Of a DNA stretch of 64,000 bases, positions 13,533-24,164 are shown piece after piece. Made by a program: the position numbers and the translations under genes. A model generated the notes under the pieces. The model did not search any database, was not told where the DNA came from, and saw only the letters and a list, made by a program, of their open reading frames with translations. Within the stretch, counting starts at the first letter, position 1; each line of letters begins with the position of its first letter. Source of the stretch: Octopus sinensis (Eukaryota); assembly GCF_006345805.1 (NCBI RefSeq), contig NC_043004.1:105276001-105340000 (forward strand), written 5' to 3'.

Positions 13533-14377
13533 ATAACAAGACAAAGGTACCTGAAATGAAAATCAAAGAAGAGCCACATCTGACCTCAAACCCAGCACAA
13601 AGTGCTATGGATTCTCAAACCTCAGCTGCCCAGCTCCATCAATGCCTGCCATCAATCCAGAGTGCAGGGACTTCTCTTCAGCAGCAAACACCATCTCAGC
13701 AACAGCAGTCCTCCCTCATATCAATGCACTCTCCTGTTCAGCAGCCACAAACAATGCAACATATACAATCAATGCAACAGTTTCCTCAACAGCACCAGAT
13801 GCACTTGCAGCCAATGCTGTCCCCGCACCACTCAATGCATATCAGCAATGATGTTGTCACTGTTCATCAAGTCTCACCAAATTCTCAACTTTCGCCTCCA
13901 CAGCAGCAGCAGCAGCAGCATCATCAACAGCAGCAGCAAGCGCCACTAACCCCATCCCCTACCATGCAGACGACCCCTCAGACTCTGCCAAGCCCGTCGT
14001 CTTCTTCCTCTTCAGACATCATATCCAGTGAGCTGGTGCGGCATATTGCTGTGATCCACCCAACACACAACAGACACCCCAACTTGCCTCCTCCTCCGCC
14101 ACCACCTGCTCCACCCATTGAACAATTTCAACAACAGATGAACCTTGAAGACTTCAAAGATTTCAGTATGATTCAACAACAACAACAGCAACAACAAAAG
14201 CAGCAACAGCAGCAACAAAAACCACAACAACAGCGGCAGCAGCAACAACAGAATCAGCAGCAGCAGAAGCAGCAGCAGCAACAAAGTCAGCAAAAGCAGC
14301 AACAGCAACAACAAAAACAGCGGCTTCAACATATGTACCACCACCACCATCACCACCACCATCACCACCACCATCAA

Positions 14378-14411
<34 letters not shown>

Positions 14412-14483
14412 TACAAGATCATTCTAGAATTCAGAACCAATTTGCTCAGTCCACTTCTTCTCCGGGTTCTCGTGAAAACAACG
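13533..14483 (+). CDS. RAR: RAR A/B-domain exon, low complexity (polyQ, His12, polyP, Ser-rich)
   Basis: 951-nt open exon between ataacag| and |gtcagt. Mixed CAA/CAG codons. The phase-1 end G joins GA at 32702 to give Gly, in frame with the DBD. Internal ATG at 13556. Confidence 0.85.
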
Positions 14484-14880
14484 GTCAGTTTTTGTTTTTC
14501 CAGTTGTGTGTGTTTGTGTATTTGAATCCATGTTTATATCTATATGTACATGTGGGCATGAATACATATATGTAGGCACAGGCATGGGTGTGTTGTAGGA
14601 ACCTTGCTTCCCTACCACATGGTTCTAGGTTCAGTCCCTCTTCGTGGCACCTTGAGCAAGTGCCTTCTACTATAGCCTCAGGCTGACCAAAGCCTTGTGA
14701 GTGCATTTGGGAGATGGAAACTGAAAGAAGCCCATTGTGTGTATATATGTATATATATGCCACCCTCATCTCTGCTTCTTACTTCTTTGCTACCTTTTTA
14801 ATTAAAGACATGCCAGCATAAACCATGAGTTTCCCATTGTTATTATATCCATTTTCTTCTCATATGTATGTTGATTCGCT

Positions 14881-15093
14881 AGCTTCTGCACGCATTTGTT
14901 TTCTCTCCTTGTTTCTCTCCGTGTTTCTTTTCTGTGTATCTTTCTGTTGAAGAGCGTAGGCTCGAAACGTAAAAGACTTGTATTATGTCTATTCCTGAGC
15001 GCCATACTAATACAATTCTTTGTTTGTACTCCACCTGCCTTCGTCTTTTGTTTATTTTCATAAAGCTTCCCGTTATATATATATATATATATA
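14881..15093 (+). mobile_element. Short (TA)n-tailed hammerhead-bearing element (Penelope/retrozyme-like)
   Basis: Aligns over about 190 nt with 53622-53800. Layout is pyrimidine-rich leader, hammerhead, about 100-nt tail, then (TA)n. Confidence 0.6.
14939..14976 (+). ncRNA. Minimal type I hammerhead-like motif, U6 variant
   Basis: TCTTT-CTGTTGA-A-GAGC gtag GCTC-GAAACGTA^-AAAGA: 5-bp stem I, 4-bp stem II, palindromic ACGT stem III. Confidence 0.55.
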
Positions 15094-15214
15094 TTGGCCT
15101 GCTTGCTTAGCCAGCGGGGTGGTGTCATTTGAAGGCTAAAACAATGCATAGCGCATTGTGACCAGCGATGTGTAGCAACATCTGATAGCCTGGTCGGTCA
15201 CGGTGATCACAGTG

Positions 15215-15255
<41 letters not shown>

Positions 15256-15305
15256 TAATAGAAATAGGTTTCAAAGAAAAAAAGACTACATACACATGGT
15301 ATAAA

Positions 15306-15680
15306 TAGGGTAAAAGTAAAAAGAATATGATATGCACATTAAATATAAAAAATAAAGGCTTTTTTATGAAAAGTAAAGATATATACATACAATTAGATGG
15401 TTTGAAGTGAAATTATGAGGTATAAATGTCATTATTATGAATCATTACAGAGATTCAGTCATACCAGTATCATCAGAAGCTGATCACAAAGTCAGTGATC
15501 AGCTTCTGACAATACCTGTATGATTTTGAATCTCTGTAATGATTCATAATAATGACTTTTATACCTCATAATTTCACCTCAAATCAATTGTTTGTATATA
15601 TCTTTACTTTTCATAAATAAAGACATTAATTTTTATATCTAATGTGCATTTTCTTTGTTTTCTTTTTACTTTTTACCCTA
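15306..15680. repeat. Fold-back inverted repeat, about 375 bp, diverged arms
   Basis: Arms meet at loop aaagtca (15488-15494). A 51-bp segment (gtgaaattatgagg...gagattca) has one mismatch to its partner. Lies between (TA)n tracts. Confidence 0.9.
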
Positions 15681-15692
15681 TATATATCTATA

Positions 15693-15728
<36 letters not shown>

Positions 15729-16247
15729 AGTGTGTCTTTGTGTCTGCATTCCCCGCCCGCCATCATTTGACAACTGATGCTGGTGTGTTTATGTCCCCGT
15801 AACTTCGTGGTTTGGCAAAAGTCGATTTCTTTGACTAAAATGCTCTTAAAGGTGGTGCTCCAGCATGGCCATAGTCAAATGACTGAAACAAGTAAAGGAG
15901 TATGTATTTGTGTGTGTTGTCTAAGTACATGTCTGTGTGTATGTGCATAACTATGTCTACATTTATATGTGAATGTGTTTTTCTGATTACATGTATGTAT
16001 TTATGTGCAAGAATTCATGTGTGTATGCATGAATACTTGTGTATATATTCATGTGTTGCAATTTATGTAGTCATGTGTATGTCGCATGTATCCTTGTGTG
16101 ACAATTTTATGTAGTTGTAATTGTGTGTGCATAGTGTCTGAATTCATGTATGTATGTATTTTGTTAATCTAATGAAGAGATCCTGCGCTCAAAGTTCTTT
16201 TAGGCCTTGTAAATTATAAGGTAAGAAGAAGCTGTGTGGGGTTGATG

Positions 16248-16466
16248 TACTCTTTTACTTGTATCAGTCATTTGACTGTAGCCATACTGGAGCACTGCCT
16301 TTTAGTTGAGCAGATCGACCCCAGGACTTATTCTTTGTAAGCCTAGTACTTATTCTATCAGTCTCTTTTGCCGAACCACTAAGTTATGGGAACGTAAACA
16401 CACCAGCATTGATTGTCAAGCGATGCGATGTTGCAGGGACAAACACAGACACACAAACATATACAT

Positions 16467-16527
<61 letters not shown>

Positions 16528-16698
16528 TACATACGACGGGCTTCTTTCAGTTTCCATCAACCAAGTCCACTCACAAGGCTTTGGTTGGCCTGAAGCTATA
16601 GTAGAAGACACTTGACCAAAGTGCCACGCAGTGGGACTGAACCCAGAATCATGTAGTTCGTAAGGAAACTACATACCACATAGCCACTCCTACGCCTA
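16248..16698 (-). mobile_element. SINE family A
   Basis: Full head, microsatellite and tail match to 35297-35720. Confidence 0.85.
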
Positions 16699-17416
16699 TA
16701 ATTTAGTTAATTTTCAGTTGTTGATTATTGAGTGGAAATGTGGAGGATCCAAATGTGAAGTGGACTGAATGTAGTTTGGTCTAACAGATGAGATGAGGTA
16801 GTAAAATTATTGTATGCGATTGAGCTTATTCAGTTTTGTGCCAAATCATGTGATATCCTCTAGAGTAGTGGTTCTCAATTTTTTCAACTTTGTGGCTTGC
16901 CGGAGATGAACTAAAAATGCTACTGCAGCACTCTGTTTAGCTACCAGCAAATTTTGGAAAGGTTCTTGGACACTGAAATTTGACTTGTGGTACTCAGTAT
17001 ATTTTGTATAAGTGGTTTGGAGGCGGGGAATTGAAATTGAAAACTTTGCTGACAATGGTAAAATGTAGAAAACTTTGTTGTTGTTGTTGAAGCCCTCTAG
17101 TCTCCTATATTATGGTGGTTGTAATGGTCTAAATGCATGCTGTGATTTGGAGAGGTGGAAGTATTATGTGTTTGTAATATCACTGGATTTCTGGGAATTT
17201 GCCATAATGGCGTTAGTAAGAGTAGTTACAAATATTGGTGATTGCCGTGATTCTTTCAGGCCTAAGTTAATTTAGGTGTATTGTTTGAGCTTTTAGAGTT
17301 CTTTTTTTTTTTCTTTTTTCAGTATCTGCTAGAAGGAAAGCGTTAGTTGTGCTTTTGTTTAGGACTTACCCAACTTTTTTTGATGATAAACCCGGTCATT
17401 GAATCCTTGATTCTTC

Positions 17417-17648
17417 TTTTAAGGTGGCAAGCTGGCAGAAACATTAGCACACCAGGCGAAATGCTTAGCAGTATTTCGTCTGCCATTACATTCTGAGTTC
17501 AAATTCCACCGAGGTTGACTTTGCCTTTCATCCTTTTGGGGGGGTCGATTAAATAAGTACCAGTTACGCACTGGGGGTCGATCTAATCGACTTAATGTCC
17601 TTGTTTGTCCTCTCTATGTTTAGCCCCTTGTGGGCATTAAATAAATAG
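17417..17648 (+). mobile_element. SINE family C variant with a different tail and 16-bp target-site duplication
   Basis: gaatccttgattcttc at 17401-17416 and at 17649-17664. Confidence 0.85.
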
Positions 17649-18243
17649 GAATCCTTGATTCTTCATTGACTCTAAGTATCAATAATGATAATTTTTTCTC
17701 ATTTCGGCACAAGGCCAGAAATTTTGAGGGGAAGGGGAAATTGATTACATTGACTCCACCCCCCACCCCCCCAATGTTTAACTAGTCCTTATTTTATTGA
17801 CCTCCAAAAAAGATGACAAGCTGAGTCAGTTTTGGCAGCATTTGAACTCAGAATGTAAAAAGACAAAAAAAAAAAATGCAGTGTTCTAACAATTATGTCA
17901 GTGTGCTAATAGTAATCCAGCAAATTATGGGTAAAGAGGTTAGTGATTGCATTGACTCCCAGTACTGACTGGTATTGATAATAATGAAAGAAAATACACA
18001 TGTGTTATATGGGTGATATTCAACATGTTAATGAGAATATTGCAATAGTTACCATAAGAGAACTTCTCTTATGAACTTGTGGTGCATTTAAGCTTTCTTG
18101 TTTATATCACTGCTGCAGGGGTGGGGAAACTTTTTTGTGTGGAGGGCAAAAATTTACTAAGAAAACGGTCCGTGGTTGGATCACAAGTTCTAACTCTTAT
18201 AATCTCTGTGGATCTTGTATATATCTGTGTGATAAGTAGCCAA

Positions 18244-18622
18244 GTGTAGGAGTGGCTGTGTGGTAAGTAGTTTGCTTACCGACCACATGGTTCCGGGTGC
18301 AGTCCCACTGTGTGGCACCTCGGGCAAGTATCCTTTTCTATAGCCTCGGGCTGACCAAAGTCTTGTGAGTGGATTTGGTAGACCGAAATTGAAAGAAGCA
18401 CGTCATTTATATGTGTGTGTGTGTGTGTGTTTGTTCCCCAACATTGCTTGACAACCGATGGTGGTGTGTTTATGTCCCTGTAACTTAACGGTTCAGCAAA
18501 AGAGACAGATAGAATAAGTACTAGGCTTAAAAAGAATAAGTCCTGGGGTCGATTTGCTCGACTAAAGGCAGTGCTCCAGCATGGCCACAGTCAAATGACT
18601 GAAACAAGTAAAAGAGTAAAAG
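18244..18622 (+). mobile_element. SINE family A
   Basis: Full-length match. Confidence 0.85.
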
Positions 18623-20720
18623 GATATCTATGTATAATCTGATTTACAGTAAAAAAGCTTTTGAATTAATGCTGCCACTAAATTTAGGACGTTTATATCG
18701 CTTATGAGGTTTTCTATATTTTTTAGCTAATGTAATTGGTTCTCAAGGGGGTGGTACAAACCTAGCAATATGTGTTTTGTAGTATAAACAAAATTTCCAT
18801 TCAAATGGCAATTACCGGACGATTTCTGTTCGAGTCTAACCATTTTAGCCATAATGGAAATGTCACCTATGTTGCAAATAGGCATATGAATATTGTATAA
18901 ATTGTGTAATTAAAAATTTATCATATTTTGTACATACAAGTATATCAGCCTGTAGACGAAATAAAATGGGCTTGCAGGCACAATTGCATCCGTGGGCGGG
19001 GGTTTTCCCACCCCTGCACTAGTGGGAGATAAGTAAGAGTGCTTATATGCAACACAAGTCGATATGAGAGGTTCTTTTATGGTAATTACTGCATTAGTCT
19101 GCATTCTAACACAACATCCACTTTTAAGTGGGGATAAATATTACCATTTGATGTTAATACTGCTTCTGTTGTCATTAATTATGAATTAAAGTACTTTTTT
19201 TTTCTATTAAATTAACATCATTAACCCTCTTTGATACCAACCTACTTGAGACTTCCTCTCTCTGTGGTACAAATTTTTTGTGTTTTAAAGTGGTCTAAAT
19301 CAAAACCTTTCATTATAATTTCAGGCAAATTTGTGCTCTAAACACCAACTTAATAAATCATAAATTATTAAAACTTTTTCTTGATTTTGAAACTGGATCA
19401 AAGGCAGTGTATTTTAACAGAAATATAGTCACAGAAAGTTTAATGAGAAGGGTGTGTTACATATTCGTTAGCATGGTCATTGATATTTAATTGGAGTGAA
19501 TTTTAGACAGAAGTCATAACACTCTTCAAAACACTCTTCCAGTTTGTTTTTCAGTTTTGTTAAAACTATATTTGTACAGTTAAAGCCAGCTTTAAACATA
19601 TATGAACTTGGAAACATAAGTAAAAATGGTTTAAATGCTGCACTAAGCTTCATTTATATTGTTCAAATAATTACAGAGTTTTACTTTTAAAGAATGATTT
19701 AACTTAGAGAGACACACACACACACTATCTCTCTCTCTCTCTCTTTCAGCTCTTGTGCCTACAAAATGGATTATTATTATTATTATTATTATCATAGCAG
19801 TGAACTGCAGAATCATTAGCATGCTAGACAAAATACTTTACATTCTGAGTTCAAATTTTGCTGGGGTTGACTCTGCTTTCATCCCTTTGGGGTCAATGAA
19901 ATAAGTACTAGCTAAGCAGGGGGGGGAGGGGGTCAGTGTAACTTCCCCCACCTTAATATCAGGCCTTGTGCCTATAGTAGTAAGAATCATCGTTACTGAG
20001 GTTGGCAGAATCAGCAGAGAAGCAGACAAAATTCCTCGTTATATTTAATTACGTCACTTCATACATTCAGTGCTAAAATCCCTGCAAGGCCGACTCTGGC
20101 TTTCATCGTTCTAGAGTTGATGAAATACATATTACATGTACTAGACAAGCACTTAGTTGATTGTAATCGACTACCCCCACCACCCGTCCAAAAATTTGAG
20201 ATCTCATGGCTATGTTAGAAATCATTATTATTGGTATTTTAAAGTTAATTACATGTTAATTTGATATATGTAGTTGAAAGGAGAAAATAGCAGAGAACTA
20301 TAAATGACTGAACATACATCTTCCTCTCTGTACTTTTTTCTTTGTGGTACTTCCCTCCTTTTCTTTTCTTCATGAAACATTGTTAGTAGATGTTCAAAAA
20401 AAGAAGGGAAACAAATTCACTCAAAACTACATCCTTTCCTTCTAAAAAAAAAAAGACTCTTTCCTATTGTAAGTGAATTTAAGTAGGATATTTCTCTCTC
20501 CTCCCTTTCCTTATTCTCTTACCCTTCTTTTCCTCCTACCCCCATCCATTTCCCCCCCCTCATCCTCAACTTCCTCCCTCCCACGCATCACATTTTTTTT
20601 TTTATCTTTCCAATCCTGCAGAAGTACACTGAGAGGGAAGGGAGAGAAGGGAGCTGGATGCTTGAATGGAAAGGAAAGCCTTGTCCCACATCCAGCACAC
20701 TCACATCTTCCCCAAACTGC

Positions 20721-20774
20721 TGACTGTCAGGTCATATTGACTATTGGGTCACCTTTCCCTCCCTTTCTAGGTCA
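20721..20774 (+). promoter_or_regulatory. Cluster of nuclear-receptor half-sites
   Basis: AGGTCA 20729-20734, GGGTCA 20746-20751, AGGTCA 20769-20774, and TGACTA at 20738 (imperfect IR3), all in non-repeat sequence. Confidence 0.35.
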
Positions 20775-21331
20775 TCCTAACCAGTAGAATGAAGAAGAGT
20801 TTACATTCTCCATGGATTTTAGGTCGCATTTAAACCAAAATTATTTTCAGCTACAAAATAGTGTATTATTAATGATGATGGTGATTTAGACACAAGGCCA
20901 GCTATTTGAGGAGAGAAGTTTTAGTTTATATCATCTACTCGTAGCAGTAGTAGTAGTAGTAGCAGTAGCAGCATTAGTAGTAGTAACAGTAGTAGTAGCA
21001 GTAGTAGTAGTTGTCGTAATCCTTTCTCCAAGGCCTGAAATTTGGGGGGGAGTGGGTGGTCTATTACCCCAGTGCTTAACCGGTACTTATTCCATTGGCC
21101 CTGACATGATGGAAAGTCAACCATGGCAGAATCTGTACTCAGAACATAAAAATGGATGAAATGCTGCTAAGCATTTCGTCCAACATGTCATAGCTGTGTG
21201 GTAAGAAGTTCGCTTCCCAACCACATAGTTTCAAGTTCAGTCCAACTGAATGGCACACTGGGTACATCTCTTCTATAGTCCCAGGCTGACCAAAGCATTG
21301 TGGTGGGATTTGGTAAAATGAAAGCAGCCCA

Positions 21332-21365
<34 letters not shown>

Positions 21366-21988
21366 AGAGTGACATATATTCATGTGTGTGTATCTATATG
21401 TGTGTGTTTTTTTATTTGTGTCCGTCTCTCCCACTGCCTGGCATCCAGTATTGGTTTGTTTATGTCCTTATAATTTTTGGCAAAAGTGACGAATAAAACA
21501 AGTACCAAACTTTAAAAAAACGAAACTAGTACTCTAGTCAAATTAATCTACAAAATCCCGTTCCAGGTGGTGCTCTAGCATGGCTGCAGCCCAATAATTG
21601 AAACAAATAGGAAATAAAAGATTGTCCTCATAGTATTGGCCCTACAGCATTTAAACCTGCCATATCCAGCCAAAATATTCTACTGGCTTTATATTCAAAC
21701 TGACCAGATCTGGCCTCTCAATCCTACTCTGCAATGTCAATGTAAAAATAAATAATCACATTGTCAAAATCTTGAAGTGGGAAGATAATGCATGATTAAC
21801 CCAAAACTATGAAAAAAAGAAGCAATACATTTGACAGAGTAGTCTTTGCATGAAAGACAAAGTTGACTTTGGCATAATTTAAATTCAGAATGTAAAAAAA
21901 AAATTGAATGAATTTCACTGAGCATTTTATCTGATCCTCTAACCGTTCCACCCTCTTTCTGCCTCAATATTTTCTAATTTAGGTACAT

Positions 21989-22335
21989 TACTCTTTACCC
22001 TTTTACTTGTTTCAGTCATTTACTTGTTTCAAATCGACCCCAGGACTTATTATTTGTAAGCCTAGTACTTATTCTATCGGTCTCTTTTGCCGAATCGCTA
22101 AGTTACGGGGATGTAAACACACCAGCATCGGTTGTCAAGTGATGTTGGGGGACAAACACACACATACATATATACGACATGCTTCTTTCAGTTTCCATCT
22201 ACCAAATCCACTCACAAGGCTTTGGTCGGTCTGAAGCTATAGTAGAAGACACTTGCCCGTAGATGCCACGCAGTGGGACTGAACCCGGAACCATGTGGTT
22301 CGTAAGCAAGCTACTTGACACACAGCCTCTCCTGC
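21989..22335 (-). mobile_element. SINE family A (tail partly deleted)
   Basis: Match to family A. Confidence 0.8.
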
Positions 22336-23139
22336 TAGTAGTTCTCTAGACATTTTCTATTCGTTTCTCACTCTGGCTACACTCTTAGAACATTTATTTC
22401 CACTGCAAATTAGGAGGTCACCTAGGAAAAAGAAGCTATCACTAGAGGGCCTTCGAAGCATTTGAAAGAATTTATTTCCTTGATGATTTTCATGCTAACA
22501 ACTTCGGTGCATGTTACGGTGTCATTTCCCTATCAGCTTCTCTCTCTCACTCTCTCTCTCTCTCAGTTATTTTAATTGTTCTTGTTCTGAGCTCTTCTGG
22601 TCTTGAGCCATAGATCACTCTTACCACAATGTTTATATAACATTTGTATCGTATCTTCTATCACTTGTTTCAGTTGTTAGACTACAGCCATGCTGGGGCA
22701 CTGTCTTGAGGAATTTTAGTGAAACAAATTGACCTCAGTACTTTTTTTTTTAAAATCTGGTGCTTATTATTACATCAGTTTTGTTTGATGAGCTTCTGAG
22801 TTACAGGGACATAAACACGCCAACACTAGTTCGGCTCAAATGGTGGTGAGGGAGAAACACTGACACAAAGACATGCACATATATATATGTGGGTTTCTGT
22901 TTACTAAACCCTCTCACAAGGATTTGGTTGGCCTGAGACTATAATAGAGTACACTTGCCCCAAGGAGCCATGCAGTGGGACCGAACCCAGAATCATGTGG
23001 TTGGGAAGCAAACTTCTTACCACACAGACACATATGTTTACTTTGCAATCACATATAACACCCTGTTGGATCCCACTAATAAGGTATCAGTCAACTTAGG
23101 TTTGACTGATATTGGCAGGCTGAACACATACAGAAGCCT

Positions 23140-23308
23140 GTCATCATCATCATCATCGTCGTTTAACGTCCGTTTTCCGCGCTAGCACGGGTTGGACGGT
23201 TCGGCCAGGGTCTGGGGAGCCAGGGGCTGCCCCAGGCTCCAGTCTGATCTGGCAGTGTTTCTACAGCTGGTTGCCCTTCCTAACGCCAACCACTCCGCGA
23301 GTGTAGTA
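23140..23308 (-). mobile_element. RTE 3'-tail copy (family B), abutting the 5S copy
   Basis: (cat)n-cgtttaacgtccgttttcc...gcccttcctaacgccaaccactcc. Confidence 0.8.
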
Positions 23309-23317
23309 ATAAAGGAA

Positions 23318-23437
23318 ATGCTTACAGCACCTATGTTTCCCAAGCGGTCACCCATCTAAGTTCTAACTAGGCTCGATGTTGCTTAACTTCGGTGATCAGA
23401 CAAGAACCGGTGCTTTCAACGTGATATGGCCGTAAGC
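23318..23437 (-). rRNA. Isolated 5S rRNA copy, probably a pseudogene
   Basis: Minus strand reads GCTTACGGCCATATCACGTTGAAAGCACCGGTTCTTGTCTGATCACCGAAGTTAAGCAACATCGAGCCTAGTTAGAACTTAGATGGGTGACCGCTTGGGAAACATAGGTGCTGTAAGCAT, 120 nt with complementary ends. Box A (AGTTAAGC) is present, box C region is altered, and there is no T4 terminator. Confidence 0.9.
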
Positions 23438-23474
23438 CATATATATATATATAAGCCATATATATATATATAAG

Positions 23475-23528
<54 letters not shown>

Positions 23529-23699
23529 GAGGTATGTTCTGTTAAGAACGTATAAGAGTACAAATAGAGCTCGTCCACTCTTAGAATTCCCAAATAGCCA
23601 GTAGTATTCTTATGGTATGCTACCAATTCTAGTCTTAGGTGTTCCTCATGTATGAAAGTAAAAAGTAAAAGAGTCAAAAGGAAGAGTAAGTATGGTTGG

Positions 23700-23840
23700 G
23701 CAGCTTTTTAATCGCTACGGATGTTTCGATACATACAGATCCCCGTATATACAGGATTTAAAGTTTAAATTAAATTGTTTAACGATTTACCTGTATAAGG
23801 TGTTCTATATGTATCTCCTCAGACAATACTCAGTTGCTGT
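23700..23840 (-). ncRNA. Type I hammerhead ribozyme fold with canonical core and extended stem II
   Basis: Minus strand: ATTGT-CTGAGGA(23822-23816)-GATACATATAGA...64 nt...TCTGTATGTATC-GAAAC(23727-23723)-ATCC-GTA^GCGAT. Stem II is 12 bp with one G.U. All invariant core bases are present. Confidence 0.7.
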
Positions 23841-24031
23841 CTCTGTAAGCAAAATCTAGATTTCCATGCTACAACATCCATGGCTTCTTTGAAACTCAAA
23901 GAAGAAGCCATGGATGTTGTAGCATGGAAATCTAAATTTTGCTTACAGAGACAGCAACTGAGTATTGTCTGAGGAGATACATATAGAACACCTTATACAG
24001 GTAAATCGTTAAACAATTTAATTTAAACTTT
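23760..24031. repeat. Near-perfect palindrome, 272 bp
   Basis: Arms aaagtttaaatt...ttctttga / tcaaagaa(gaa)gcc...aatttaaacttt with loop aac (23893-23895), one mismatch and a 3-nt indel. Confidence 0.95.
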
Positions 24032-24075
24032 GTGTGTGTATATATATATATATACGCACAAACATATATATACAT

Positions 24076-24109
<34 letters not shown>

Positions 24110-24120
24110 CATCTATATAT

Positions 24121-24162
<42 letters not shown>

Positions 24163-24164
24163 GA

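Larger units (their letters stand above)
14573..15901 (+). mobile_element. SINE family A split by about 960 bp of nested insertions
   Basis: Head at 14573-14760 and tail at 15726-15901 are collinear with intact copies. Confidence 0.75.

Noticed and set aside
14012-14410. Minus-strand poly-Leu/Val ORF
   Set aside because: It is the antisense shadow of the CAG/CAC repeats in the RAR exon.
20788-20826. Short alternative first exon MKKSLHSPWIL next to the half-site cluster
   Set aside because: The phase would fit, but the donor (AG|GTCGCA) is poor and the ORF is short enough to be chance.
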